64,000 nt of DNA. Origin: the human T2T-CHM13v2.0 reference genome, Homo sapiens. Below are positions 12,266 to 27,029 of this stretch, one piece after another. Below the pieces are notes generated by a model. That model ran no database searches and had not been told where the DNA came from. It was given only the letters and a program-made list of their open reading frames with translations. Location of the stretch: the NCBI RefSeq assembly GCF_009914755.1, contig NC_060928.1; one strand, 5' to 3'. The translations under genes and the position numbers were made by a program. Numbering within the stretch: the stretch's first letter is position 1; every line of letters begins with the position of its first letter.

Positions 12266-14597
12266 CTGCAAAAGCAACCAACAAACCAACACAAGAAGGT
12301 TAAACAATTCCTAAGAATTCCCTGAGGTTTATTTCCAACATGATTTCATCCAAAATTTAAAGTCACTACTTTAAAGTTTGCCTATGCAGTGTCTGTTTTT
12401 CCCATGTGAGATATCTCTTCTCTCAATATTGGGACTTCATTGTATCTATATCACAGGTAGATATTAAATCAAGAATAAACAATTCCATTGCAAGACTGAA
12501 AGAGTAAAAGACAATTTTCTTAAGAATTTCCATAATGTCTGATTTTAAAACTTGCCAATAACAAATGAAAATTTATTTCAGCTCACTGTGAAATTTCGAG
12601 AAGAGCAATCAAAATGGTGTATTTATCACCCTTTTCGTGACACCCTGTTGCACAATAATGGTTGGGTATTTGCTCAAAGCACAACTGAACAATGAAGGGG
12701 CAACTTCTGGGTTTGGTAAAAATGAGCAAGAAGACAAAGAATAAAACCATTCAAAATGAACTCATGTGCTTCCATGTATATTTACCTCCTGCCTTTCTTT
12801 CTGTATTCTGGGAGAACCTCACAAAAAGCTGGCAGAAACTCTTAATATGTTTTTTGTCATGTCATTGTATCAGCTATCATCCTATGTGCACGTACTTTAA
12901 ATCATAACAGGGTAAGACATGAAATTCAAGTCCTATTGGCAAGTTAACTTCATCTATCTGAAAAGCCCCAGTGTAAATTAAGAGTACCAGGGGTCAAAAT
13001 CTGTGCACTCCACTGATATTATCAGCAAGAAAGGAAAGAACACAAGCCTTTTGTTTTCCCTAGGGTAAAATAAAACATTTCCGGAAAGCTTCAGTGACAA
13101 TAAGCTGCATATAACTTTCCCAGATATTACAGTAATGGAAACATAGCTCAACCTCTCAAAAAAAATTGAGATGCAAAATAATAAACTTTTAAAAGGTAAC
13201 TTAAATATAATATTAAGGAAAACAGTGATTTTTCCATCTCGGCATTACACATTGGGCACTTCACAAATGTCTTTATATAAAATAATATCATGTACTATTT
13301 TTCCCACTTAAATTGTTCAGGCTATGTCTTCTCATCCTGTTGATAAGATCACTCTACTAGAAGAATGGAAACTCTCTCAGTCAATATTTTATGAAATGAA
13401 CTTGCTTTGGAACAACCGCTTCCTCACAAAGCCATGTTAACTGGAGCTCAGCAGTCACTGCTTCTACAGATGATTGCAAATTGACTGACAATTTGTTCCT
13501 AAGGCTCCTTGGGGACTCAAATTCAGGTGGCTTGTCTCATCTATAATTAGTAAGATAAATCTTTATCAAACATGACCATATCTCTTCTTCAGACTTTAAG
13601 AAGTTTCTCCACATGATAATCATTCAGAAATAATAGGCAGTAACGCCAGAATAACACCTGTCAATGCCTGAAGTACCAATGGCGGGAGAAAGATCATAAA
13701 GACTTCTTCCGATATGTGTTTAGGGATGAAAATGAGGTTCTAGTTAAGGGTGGCCCTATTACAAGCATTTTCAAGGCAATTGGCCAGGAGATCCAGAATT
13801 TACAAATCCTTTCTTGGTCTAGCTATCCCACCTTGAGAATAAAAAGCCCAAATGAAGCAAAGTAATGCTTTATATTATAGTGGGAGTGGCCTGAACCTCA
13901 CTGTAGAGCTCTAATAAACTGCAGTGAACCATGGAGGGGTAGGGTCCTCTTTCCTGCACAGGCTGGGTGTAAGGAGCCTGGAAACAAAGCAGATTGAAAA
14001 GCTACTTCATCTCCTCCATCCCAAACACAACATCCTCATGAAATGAAGGGCCAGCACACCTGGCAATGCTGGAGAAAAAGGAGCCAGAGAATGTCTTCTT
14101 CCACCATAAGCTTATTTAGACACCTAGAAACAAATCTTTGAAAGTGCAAACCTAATCAGTGTGCTGGAAACTGACTGATCAACTCAGCACTCCTGTCCCA
14201 GTGAGTAAGAAGTAGAGGAGGGAGTTGAGAAGACTTTCTTCTCATTGAGGCAAAAAATATGAATAGAGGAAACTATCAAATCTAGTTGATATCATGTTTA
14301 GATTAATTCTGGGGTCAAACAATAGACTCCATTAGTGGTGCTTGTTTTGAAAGGTTCTGAAAAATTACTATAGTCTCATCATGATCATACCTGGCTGGCC
14401 AAGTGTCAGTTATATATTCAACATTGTGTTAGTATTTCAGGTTTCCATATGCTGTGCTCTGGTATAAACATCTGAGGATTAAAATATTGTTCCCAATATT
14501 TCCTGCTGCTTTCTCAACAGAACAATACTGGGTGCTTCCTTTGTGTCTTTCTTCATATCATATATTCTCCATTAAAATAAATACACATTGAGCATCT

Positions 14598-14886
14598 ATT
14601 TTTGGGGGGACTGGGGGGAAAGGTCTCACTCTGTTGCCCTGGCTGAAGTGCAGTGGCACATTCATTGCTCAGTGCAGCCTCGAACTCCTGGGCTCAAGCA
14701 ATCCTCTTGCCTCAACCTCCTGAGTAGTTGGGACTATAGGTATGCAACACCACACCCAGCTAATTTTAGTAGCAATGAGGTCTCATTATGATATCTAGCT
14801 GGTGTCGAACTTCTGAGCTCAAGCGATCCTCCTGTCTCAGCCTCTCAAAGTGCTGGGATTACAGGCGTGAGCCACTGTGCCTGGAC
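14598..14886 (-). mobile_element. AluJ inserted in an L2 fragment
   Basis: Reverse Alu with tgagca on both flanks. L2-like sequence continues to about 14980. Confidence 0.85.
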
Positions 14887-14999
14887 TCTGAGCACCAATT
14901 ATGTGCTGAATAATGTGCTTGGTGTTAAAGATCTACAAATGCAGAGAAATGATCTCTGCCCTTAAGGACCTTACAAACAGGCATAAAAATAACACAGTG

Positions 15000-15330
15000 C
15001 TTTCCATAATTTCTTATGTCTAGCTACTTTTGCTCAACAATATGCTTTTTGAGATTTATCCATATTGCTCCATGAGTCAGTAGTTCTTTCTTTTAAATTG
15101 CTGTGTAATATTCTATTGTGTAAATACACTATAATTTATCTATCCATTCTACTGCTGATTAACATGTGGGTTTTCTTTCCTCCTTTCCTGTCTTCCTTCC
15201 TTCCAATAGACAGTGGCTATTAAGAACAATGCTGCTGTGAATAATCTAGTTATGTGTCTTTTGGTGGACATAAGCTCCCATCTGGATATTGGGTACATGT
15301 CCAGGAGTAGAACTGCTGGACCATAGGGTT
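15000..15330 (-). mobile_element. Old L1M 3' fragment
   Basis: tttttgagatttatccatattg...tttatctatccattctactg...aggagtagaactgctggaccatagg. Confidence 0.65.
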
Positions 15331-16527
15331 GGATGCTTGGAAAAATTTATGCAGAATCATGTGTATGCAGGTAGACACATCCTGGAGTGGTGTAACAAGC
15401 CAACTGGCAAGTAGAAGACCACAGTTCTAGTCCTAGCACAGCCATTACCTAACTTTGGGGCCTTAAGGGAGCCATCTTACCTCTATTGTTCACAGCTTCC
15501 TAATCTATAAAGTAAGTTGGAGCCAATGATTTTTAGGTCTCTTTTAGCTCTCCACATGTATAATGCATAATCTCACTTTAAATGGACAAGTTTCATTTTT
15601 CTATTTGATTTCTATTCCTCTAAATAGCCTAGCATATTTTTTCTGCATTTGATTTTTATGCATGGACAGTAATATTTGTTAGCAAGATGCTGTCATACTT
15701 TAAAATTACTTGAGATTTCTTCTGAAGCAGCACATATTAGTATTAAAAAACACTGCTCCTTGCTTCCTGTATCAGTTCCAGAGAAAATCATAAAGTTAAG
15801 ACTATTTGGTAGAGGCATTAAGTAAATCAGGCAGAAACATAAAGCAGCTTTTGCTGTAAGTATAGCAACCTTTGGTAACAATAGGAAACCAAGAATCTGA
15901 CAGCTTTTAGTAGAATTTTGATAAAATTCATGTATGAATGTTTGAGCTCAGTAGTGTGAGCTTTCTGTGACATTTATCTAACTATGACCTTTAATGTTAG
16001 GAGTACACTCATCACCTGCAAAATAAATTTGTATCCTAAAATACCTTCTTCCAAGCATTTGGTAAGGAGCTTTGATAAGACTTAGGTTGGATATAAGGTA
16101 AAATTCAGTATACTGGAGATAAAAGCAGGGATTCTATTCATTACTCTTAAAATTCTTATGCCCCTTTTTGGAAAAAAGTCTAAAATGTAGAAAGAATGTG
16201 TTTTTGAGAGTTATCAGAAGTATAAATAAATATGAGATGAAATACTGACAAAAATAATATTAATAAAAACAACAAGGCAGCTTAAGAAATATTAAAATAA
16301 ACTTTTTTGTGTGTATGGTTGCCCTCTTTGCTAGAGAGAATATAGCCTTTTTTAAAAGGCGGGACTTACAATATTTTAAAGAGAAAAAATTTTTTAATAA
16401 GAACTAAGTTGAATAGTTACTATTTTATAGGAAGCTTTACAGATGAATCAGTCTGTAGCTTCTGAGCACTACAGGATACAAACAGTAGATCTGAGAAGTA
16501 ATTATTTTAATTCACAACCCACTAGAG

Positions 16528-16747
16528 CAAGCTTGTCCAACCCACGGTCCTCTACATGTAGCCCAACACAAATTTGTAAACTTTCTTAAAACATTATGAG
16601 ATTTTTTTTGAGGTTTTGTTTTTTCTTTTCTTTTTTTTTTTTTTTTAAGCTCATCAGCTATTGATAGTGTTAGTGTATTTTATGTGTGGCCCAGGACAAT
16701 TCTTCTTCCAATGTGATCCAGGGAAGCCAAAAGATTGGACACCCTTG
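16528..16747 (-). mobile_element. MER30 (hAT-Charlie MITE)
   Basis: caagcttgtccaaccc ... gggaagccaaaagattggacacccttg, with the central poly-T characteristic of MER30. Confidence 0.85.
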
Positions 16748-17285
16748 GTATAGAACATTATGAAGTAAAAAGTAAAAGGCCTCAGCCAGTTCCCCACATC
16801 TGTCTCTTCCCAACCCACTTCCCAGATGGATTTCCATTTAACAATTTAAAACATATCCTTCATTTTCTATGTAGATGTTGTTATACATGTATCTACTTTA
16901 TTGATTTTTAATACAAATAAAACCAAGCAATCCATTCTATTCTCTCATGAAATAATATTTCATGAACATCTTTGCATATCAATAGGGATAGGCTGATAGC
17001 ATGGTATTCCATTTTATAGAGACGTTGCCATTTACTATGTCTTGGCAGGCTCGTACAAGCATATCCATAGGGTAAACTCCTAAAAGTAGAATTTGCTAGA
17101 TCAAAGTGTAAGTTTAAAAATCGTTTTTTGAAGTAACAAGGTGTATTATATTGTTTTAACTTGTATTTCTATTTATTAATGAGATTAAGCATCTATTTTC
17201 TTTTTTTAGGATTTGCTTATTTCCATACTCTATCCATATTTCTATTGGATTGTTAGTATTTTTCTTATAGACTGATATAAATACT

Positions 17286-17901
17286 TTTTTTTTTTTTTTG
17301 GAGACAGGGTCTCCCTCTGTCATTGAGGCTAGAGTGCAGTGGCACAATCTCAGCTCAGTGCAACCTCTGCCTCCCCGATTCAAGTGATTCTCCTGCCTCA
17401 GCCTCCTGAGTAGCAGAGATTATAGGCAAGTGCCACCACGGCCCGGCTAATTTTTGCTTTTTTTTTTTTTTTTTTTGAGATGGAGTCTCGCTCTGTTGCC
17501 CAGGCTGGAGTGCAGTGGCGTGATGTCGGCTCACTGCAAGTTCTGCCTCCCAGGTTCACGTCATTCTCCGGCCTCAGCCTCCTGAATAGCTGGGACTACA
17601 GGTGCCTGCCACTACACCTGGCTAATTTTGTTTTTGTATTTTTTTAGTATAGACAGGGTTTCACCGTGTTAGCCAGGATGATCTCAATCTCCTGAGCTTG
17701 TGATCCACCTGCCTCGGCCTCCCAAAGTGCTGGGATTACAGGTGTGAGCCACTGCACCTGGCCTTAATTTGCAATTTTTTTAGTAGAGATGGGGTTTCAC
17801 CATACTGGTCAGGCTGGCCTCAAACTCCTGACCTCAGATGATCTGCCTGCCTCGGCCTCCCACAGTGCTGGCATTACAGGCGTGAGCGATTGCGCCTGGC
17901 C
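17286..17901 (-). mobile_element. AluS split by a nested AluY
   Basis: Arms at 17286-17457 and 17764-17901. TSD ataaatact at 17277-17285 and 17902-17910. Confidence 0.9.
17458..17763 (-). mobile_element. AluY nested in the A-rich linker of an AluS
   Basis: AluY-like diagnostics (gcaagttctgcctcccaggttcacg..cattct; ccgtgttagccaggatg). Flanked by taattt(tt)gc. Confidence 0.9.
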
Positions 17902-18796
17902 ATAAATACTCTTTTTATATTATGTAAAGTGCTCTTTAACTTATATGTATATATGTGTGTATATATTTATGTCTATTAAATTAAAAATAATGTTCTAATT
18001 TGTTATTTATCAGTTTTTTTCCACTATTGCATCTTGATTTAACATCATGCTTTAAAAACCTTTTCATTCCACAATTGTTTTAAATAAGAAACCTACATTT
18101 TTTCCTACTTTTTAAAATGTTTCCTTCTTTTCATTCTTTCTTTTTACATCTCCGTCTGTGAACCATATGCCCATCTGGTTTTGCATAAAGAATAAGGTCG
18201 GGAAAGCATTTAGCACTTTGTTTTTCCACATGACTCAGCAGTTGTCCTATCATCATTTAAATAACAGTCCATCTTTTCCTCACTGGTTTGAAATGCCATG
18301 TTTTAAATGTAGCACTTCAACATTCTACTGCATCACTAAGTCCAATGTTCCTTCCCCAGATAAGTCAGTCACTTTGAAGAATATCAGGGAATGAATGAAA
18401 TGCTATGGAATGGAAATTCATGCCCATTTACATCCTCTCAGCAGACATGAAAATATTTTGCCTCACATTATAGTCCTTTGCAAAATGGTCCATAATGGCA
18501 ATGAGAAACTGGTATTCCCATTTGTCTCCTATTCTTCCCTACAATTTAGGTAATAAGGTTTTTGTTTTTGGATGACCTAAATATAAAAGCAAGCTCAAAC
18601 TTCATTTATAATGCAAGACTTACCCACAGAAGAGGAATAACTAAGAGACTGAAGGGATTACTCAAGAGTCTTTTAAAATTGATATGAAAGCCTCCCTCAG
18701 GTAACAGCTCCATTAAGGTCTCTGTAAATATTTGTTGAATGAATAAAAATGTTTGTCTCTTAGAACTATCAAGGGAAGGAAGTGCTGCCTCTAGCC

Positions 18797-19101
18797 CAAC
18801 ACTATGCAACTGAAATATAATATGAGCCACACTTGGAATTTAGATTTTTTGGTAGCCACATTTTAAAAGACAGAAAGAAATAGGTAAAACTCATTTTAAT
18901 AATACATTTTATTTAGCCCAATGTATCTACACTATGATCACTTCAACATGTAATCCATGTAAAAAAGTACTGAGATGGGTACATTCTTTTTTTGTACTAT
19001 GTCTTTGAAACCCGGTGCGAACGGAGTGCTTCCATCCCACTCAGTTTGGACGAGTCTCGCTGCAAGTTGCTCAACAGCGACATGTGCATTGGATGGCACA
19101 G
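18797..19101 (+). mobile_element. MER33 (hAT-Charlie)
   Basis: gaaatataatatgagccac...gtagccacatt...ttggatggcacag. 8-bp TSD ctctagcc / ctctagac. Confidence 0.8.
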
Positions 19102-19609
19102 CTCTAGACTCTCCATAGCTCCTGTAGGGAAAGAAGCTGCAACACAGGGTGGCTGTGCTCTCGAGGCTCATTAAGCACAAAGAATTTGCTGAACAGAGAA
19201 AAGAAGACTGAAATGACTCCCCTGACTCCCTATGGCCCACATTTCTGACGCCTCCTGGGTCCTGAAGCAGTGCACTGGCAGCAACTACAAGGGTTACTCA
19301 TTTAAGCAGTAGGACAGGGAGGAACACGGACTCCTAATACAAGCCTCACTACATCCTGCCAAGGGAAAAGGATTTTCAAAGTTAACTACCTGGCTGCACT
19401 AGGTTAGGAAGGTGAAACATCAGTTACGTAGCTCTTCACTTATTTTCATTATCTTCACTTCTGTTGGCCCTAGCTGTTAAAAACAAAATAAACTAGAATT
19501 TTCTTGTTCAGGTTTCTGACTTTGAAATGTAAGGTATAAAAAGAGGGTACATGTCATTAAAAGCCTAAAAAGAATTTTAGCTGAGGTAGCTGAAAAAGGG
19601 ACTGTCAGA

Positions 19610-19975
19610 GAAAACCACAGGAAAAGCCCTGAACTTCACACCGAAAGGTTTAGGTTAGAGTTAGGTCTTTGTCCTCACTGGTTCAGTAATCTTGGGTGGA
19701 CCACATAAATTCCATGGTTTTGGTTTCCCTAGCTGTACAAAATGGGAAGGTAACATCAATTTTACACACCCCAGGTAGAAATGGGCATGGGTTAAAGTGC
19801 TCTGTAACATGTAAAGTGCTATATGAACATGAGTTATTCTTACTACTCAGAGTCCCAGCTTGCCATTAACTTGCTTTGTTGACTTGGGCAAGTCATTTGA
19901 CCTTGGGTATGCCTCCCATTTCTCATTTGTAACATGAAGCAAGACTTAATGATCTGTAAAATTTTATGCCTAGGT
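19610..19975 (+). mobile_element. Two MIR fragments
   Basis: MIR core motifs gacttgggcaagtcatttgacc...tttctcatttgtaa and catgtaaagtgct. Confidence 0.55.
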
Positions 19976-20239
19976 AAAGTACAATACCTATTCTCAACCC
20001 AAACAAAAATATCCCATTCAAAATATTCAATAGGCAAAGACTTCTGTGTTGGGAATAGGGTCCTCAGGTATTCAGTGACCAGAATCAAACCTAATGGAGC
20101 CTTTTACTCACCCAAATGTTTTTTGAGTGACTGTTAAAAGCCAGGCACAGTACTAAATGAGGGAAATAGGGAAACAGAGACACATCTTTTCTGACTCATG
20201 ATAAAAGAAAACCTAAGAAACAGCATGATGGATTAAGGA

Positions 20240-20529
20240 TAGGAGGCACAAATTCACGTGTCTGCATAGCTTGGGCAGTTGAGGTCAATGAATGAAGAAG
20301 GCCAGATAGAGACCAACAGAGAATGGCAGGCACACTATAGTGAACTATGGTCAACTGGGGACTGTCTGCTTTCTTTCAATGGGCAACTACTTGGCAGGGT
20401 CAACTGATTTTTTTTTTTAAGGAAAGCTTATGTAAAACCTCCTGAGTTTACATCTTAACAACTAATTTTTAAAAACCACTCTAAGTCAAGCATAAAAGTC
20501 ATGGGGATCGTACTAGTTGGTGATCTCTG
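20240..20529 (-). mobile_element. MER102-like hAT DNA transposon relic
   Basis: Degenerate match to recalled consensus (aatgaatgaagaaggcca...; caactaattttt aaaaaccact...; ggtgatctctg terminus). Confidence 0.5.
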
Positions 20530-20700
20530 ATTTAGGGAAGAAATAATAGAGAAGAAAATAGTAGGGGTAAGAGGAAAAGCAAAAGGCCCTCAGAATCTCA
20601 GAATCCACAAGAAGACCTTGCAAAGTTTCCCAGGCCAACCATCCAACCAACGACCCAGAAATGAAAAAGGCAAAGAGTTTCAGAGAGATTAAGAATAGTG

Positions 20701-21210
20701 TACTTAACCCAGCAATTCCACTACTGGGTATATACCCAAAGGAAAAGAAATCATTTTACTAAAAAGAAACCTGTACTTGTACGTTTATTGCAGCACTATT
20801 CACAATAGCAAAGTCACGAAATCAACCTGAGTGTCCTTCAACGGTCTACTGGATAAAGAAAATGTGATATATATGCAACAAAGGATATTATGCAGCCATA
20901 AAAAAGAGAGAAATAATGTCTTTTGCAGCAACATGGATGGAGCTGGAGGTCATTATCCTAAGTGAAATCACTCAGAAACAGAAAATCAAATACTGCATTT
21001 TCCCACTTATAAGTGGACTTAAAGATGGAAATAACAGACACTGAGGATGCCAAAAGTGGGAAGATGAGAGGCAGGTGAAGGTTGAAAATTTACCTATTGG
21101 GTACGATGTTCACCATGTGAGTGATAGGTACATTAAAAGCCCAAACCTCACCAATATGCATGTAATACCAATGTAATAAACCAGCACATGTACCCCCGAA
21201 TCTGTAAAAA
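20701..21210 (+). mobile_element. 5'-truncated L1P 3' end (old L1PA/L1PB)
   Basis: acccagcaattccactactgggtatatacccaaagg...gcagcaacatggatggagctggagg...gcacatgtacccc. TSD aagaatagtg at 20691-20700 and 22253-22262. Confidence 0.88.
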
Positions 21211-21294
21211 TATATATATATTATATATCATATATAATAATGGTCATATTATATATATTACATATAATAATTATATATACATACATATATAATA

Positions 21295-21390
21295 ATGTTG
21301 GTCAGGCTGGTCTCAAACTCCTGACCTCGTGATCCACCTGCCTCAGCCTCCCAAAGTGCTGGGATTACAGGTGTGAGCCACCGCCTGGTC
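21295..21390 (-). mobile_element. 96-bp Alu 5'-end fragment (duplicate of 22137-22232)
   Basis: atgttggtcaggctggtctc...gagccaccgcctggtc, embedded in AT-rich sequence. Confidence 0.85.
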
Positions 21391-22232
<842 letters not shown>

Positions 22233-25200
22233 TAAAAAATATATTTTTAAAAAAGAATAGTGGTAGATGTTATTGAGAGGACAAAATGACAAAAACAAGA
22301 GCTAAGAAAAGTCAGTTCGTAGCAAACAGGAGGAAAATTTCAGAGACTGGAGTGACCAGAGGCTAACACTAACTGCAGGGAGTAAGAAAGCAGAGGCAGA
22401 GAGCAGGGGTAAGCGATTCTCTTGAGAAGTTTAGCAGAAGTAAGAAAAAAGGTAGAATCATAATTTGAGGGGAGTGTAGTCAAGGAATAGGCTTTTGGGG
22501 AGAGTAAAAAGCTGATCATTTTCCTATATTAAAGGATAGCCAGGGGAAAGGGAATAACTGACATGCAAAACAGTAAAGATATAATAGATGTGACCAAGTT
22601 CCTGGAGGATGAAAGGCCTAGGCAGAGAAGACAGCAACCGCAAAGGAAGAAAAACCCTTCCCAACTGTGAACAGTGAATGTGCATACAAATTTAAAAGTT
22701 CAACCCTGAAAATTAAGTATAAAGAGGTACAAATACCTATTACTTTTGGAGCAACAGATGTACAGTCTATTCATGGTGCTGGGGAGAGAGACCAATGGAT
22801 AATTTTTAAATTGGTCTCAGTTCACTTCACTGTGTTTACTGGTTCTGACAATACATGAAGTTTTATATATATGTTTCCATTACATATTTGTTCACTGAAT
22901 GCACACCATAAATCAGAAATGTCTGTTAGCCAAAAGTATCATTCCAATGACAAATTTTATTTTCTACAACCTGATTACCAGATGTAGGGATACTATAAAA
23001 GAAATATACATGTATCTCAGGAGGTTATGAACATGGAATTGTCATTAATTCTAAGTGAAAATTTGTCAATGTGAAATGACACACTGACAGAAATTCCACA
23101 GTGATGTGTAATCAGCTAATAAATCAGTGAACAAGTATTTCCCCTACCCTGGATACTTAAAGCACGTGTGGATGTGCATGGGGGCAGGGTGGGGGAATGG
23201 TGATCGCCAAGAAAGAATCTGGCACAGAAAGAGAATACTGTACCAAGGATATTGACCATCAGGACTTTGCATGTTTGTTTGAGATCTTCCTTCCTCTCAA
23301 CATATAGAGGAATTTTCGCCCCACAAATATGTGAAGCCTAATAGGTACATTATCACTAAACTTTATTTTAAAAAGCAATGTTGTTTTATAACACTTAGGA
23401 AAAATACTTTCCTAAAACATTCCATTTCATTCTAGAGAAGCCTGTTCCCCATTGATGTAATAAAGATGCTCCTGTTCAAGTCATTTATATGCCACACATG
23501 CACACACATGCTGGACCAGTATAGAATATTCATTCAGTCTTTTTTACACGATATAAGACATGACTTAACATTTGACTAATTAAAATGAATCTATTCTGCT
23601 TATTAAAGCTTTAGTTACTGGAAAAATTTAGTGTGTATATAGCAATAATAAAATATTTAAATAAAAATAAAAAGTTGAAAAGACATTAAAATATCATGGT
23701 TTTAATTAGTTTGTGATTTTTCTCATAAAAAAGGCAACCTCAGATATTTAAAATTGTTGAGTAGTGACTCATTTCTGAAAATTAACCTTTTAGGTGTGAG
23801 AAAATGAAATGTTTCATAATTTGTTATGAAACATTAAAATGCCCTATACACTTTTTAAGCAAAGTTGGATAATAATAGTGATTCTGCCCAACCATTAGGA
23901 ATGCTAGTTATTGAATGTGCTCTGAGACTAGGGCAGGGCAGAAGTCTAGGGAAGCGATGAACTGCAGAGTGGAGGCCACGATTCCTTTCTCGATTCCTGG
24001 CTCTGTGTCCCCCTGAGCAAGACATTTGTCTACAAAATGGTAAAAATAATTAAATTATAGGTTAGCTACTAGAGTGTTTATTAGACAGTCATAAAAACTG
24101 ATGTTTAGTAGTACTACAATTATATGGCGAGAGGCAAAATCATGTGTGTAATATCATTAAAACATAAGGAAAAAGAATGGAAGGATATTTACCAAAATTA
24201 TACACGATGAGACTTAGGATTATTCATTTCCTTTCCAAACGTTCTGGAACATGATTATATTGTAGAAATAAAATCATTAAAAATATCCTTTACATAAGAT
24301 ATGGCTCTAAGAAACACAGGAAAATAATAAATCATCAACAAACCTAATTATACACTTAGCATGTTCCAGGCAAGTAAGAATGGTACAAACGGGGTACTGT
24401 AGAAGTTCAAAGCAAGGAGAGGGGGTTTTTTTTGGTTCTGTTTCATAGAATTTGTTTTGTTGCATACGAAAATTAGGGAAGAAAGGCTTCATGAGGAATG
24501 ATAGTATTTATTTGGACCCTGAAGGTGAGCTTTCTATACAGACAAAGAAATATCCCTGATGAGCTGTAAAGAGAGCAGTTCCAGGGTATGTTTTCCAGGA
24601 ATTATCAGTAAACTTAACTAGGGCCCTGGGTACATGTAGCAAAATATGGCCAGGTTAAAGAACTTGGCGATTCTTTAGGGAGTCATTGTGGACCTTAGAT
24701 ACCATTTGGTGATTAGCCTAGGCCTCTGATTAAGGCTATGCAGGAAATCTGCGTTTTTATGTTCTATGAAACTACCTAGAGTACTGGAAACTGTCCATTC
24801 GTGAAGTGGGAACTCCATAAACATTAACCGATCTTTACAATCTCAGCTCTCTCAATGTTTTCCTGATGGAAAGCAAAAAGAAACTCTTAAATTAGAAAGA
24901 AGCCTCTGAATAATAGATGGAGCATAAACTACCCTAAATCCTTACCTAAACAACTCCTTTTTAGATTGAGTCTTTAGCCATATTTATTAAACAGCCGTTC
25001 CTGGAGCTCAGAGGAGACCTGCTTTTGCCTTTAGAACTTCAGGAGCCAGTGCTCATTTTTCCTTTTCCTTCTATTGTTCTGGCAGAAGGAAAAGCAATAA
25101 TTACTTGTATCAAGTGGATAGCATTCAGAAGATATGAAAACCTACACCATGGGACATAGTCTACAGTGCTTAAAGAAAAAAAAGCTACTCAAAGGCAGAT

Positions 25201-26054
25201 CCAATGTATTCAGTCAGAATTACAGATGAAAGTATGGTGCTAAGCAACGAGTAATTCTCCCTTACTGACTTCTCAACAATGTCTTTAAATTTCACTTACA
25301 AAAATTTATTTACTTCAGGTTTGAAAGGGAAATTTGGATGCTAAGCAACACAGTAATTCCCTCTTCCCAACTTACCCACAATCTCCCTAAATTTCTTTTA
25401 TAAACATTGATTTAACTTTTTAATTTTTAAAGGAAAATAATACATCTAAAGGAAAAAATATATCCAAAAGTATAAATGATGCTATCTTTTTATATAGTTC
25501 AATCAACTCTTTGATTATTAGATCAAAGGTTATTATTGTGCCCTTCTGCTATCATTATTCTCAAGAGGAAAGGCTTTTAGTTAAAAAATAAAGTTAGCAT
25601 TGTTATTCTTAGCTCCTCCAGGGGTCACCTTGGCAACTTCAAACTATGTACCTACACTTCTACTTCTTATTCTTTGGAACACAGACATTACCTTCCAATT
25701 CTCTCATTCCCTAGAAGAGGAAGCTAGCACCCCCACCTTTAAGGCCACTTGTGCTCCCTGAGCCCTTTGATTTCCCATTGTTAAGGCTGATAACACACTC
25801 TATCCATAGCCAGAGAAATGTCTCCCATGATTTGTCTATGGTTGATTCTAGAAAGTGAATACAACTAATTACTCCAAATTGTACACTTTAAATATGTGTA
25901 GTTTATTGTATGTAACTTACGTCAATAAACTTATTTTAAAAGTGAGGATCCTTGACAATAAGTCTGTCCTACCTCAGCTCAAAGTAAGTCAAAGGAGAAA
26001 TTGCAAATAGGTGAAAATTCATCTCAGAAAGAATCAGTGAGTCTTTTCTTCTTA

Positions 26055-26335
26055 ACATTTTATTTTTTAAATTGACAAAATTGTATATCTTTATCATGTA
26101 TAAGATGATGTTTTAAAATATGTATACACTGTGGAATGGCTAAATTGAGCTAATTAACATACGTATTACCTCACATAGGTATCATTTTTTGTGGTGAGAA
26201 CACTTAAAAATCCACTCTCAGCATTTTTCAAGAATACAATAATATACTGTTATTAACTATAGTCACCCTATAGAACTCTTGAACTTACTCCTCCTACATA
26301 ACTAAAATTTTATATCCTTTGACCTACGCTACCCC
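26055..26335 (-). mobile_element. L1MA-type 3' UTR fragment
   Basis: gtatacactgtggaatggctaaattgagctaattaacat...tttgtggtgagaacacttaaaa. Confidence 0.75.
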
Positions 26336-26411
26336 CAGGGGGGTCTTCTCTACAAAGCTGGCCCTCTACATGCATCTTAGGGCCCCATGTCCGAGGAATG
26401 GAGGACTGACT

Positions 26412-26509
26412 GCAGTACGCCATTTTATGTGAGGGACTTGAGCATCCGCAGATTTGGAAACTGTGAGGAATCCTGAAACCAACGCCCTGTGGATACTGAG
26501 GGACAACTG
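26412..26509 (-). mobile_element. MER2 (TcMar-Tigger) terminal fragment
   Basis: gccattttatgtgagggacttgagcatcc...ggatactgagggacaactg followed by TA. Confidence 0.7.
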
Positions 26510-27029
26510 TATTTAAGAAATAAATAACCAGTAGAGATTACAAGATCTAAGCCATAGAGTATTGCTACCATTAATTTGGGAAAATTCTAAACTAGGTACA
26601 ATCAAATAGCCTAGTTTTTAAAAAAACAGGAAAAAAGCTTGCATTAAGGTCACATAGACCAGCTGGTCTGAAGAATGTAACATCCTGACGTAACACCAAG
26701 ATAAACCAATGATAAGATATACACATAGGCAGTGAATGATGGGAGAATTAGCTGAAAAATGTAGAAGTTGGCAAAATCTACAAACATGTTTGTTTTGAGT
26801 TTAGAACCTTTCATTATAAAAGTTCATAGGTTGCTCATTCATTCAACCAATATTTATTGAAAGCGTACTACAGGCGCTGTGCAAAGACCCTGCGGAACCG
26901 GCCCTTGGGAGTTTGAATTCTAATGGGGAAATGGAGGGTGAGGGGTCAGCTAGTAACTACATCAACAAATAGCTGGAAATACTCACAGAGAGAAAAAAGG
27001 GTTAATAATTTCTAGGGATAATAATAACA

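Larger units (their letters stand above)
16770..18320 (-). mobile_element. Old L1M fragment interrupted by nested Alus
   Basis: L1-like reverse sequence (tcctaaaagtagaatttgctagatcaaag; aataacagtccatcttttcctcactg) on both sides of the Alus. Confidence 0.6.
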
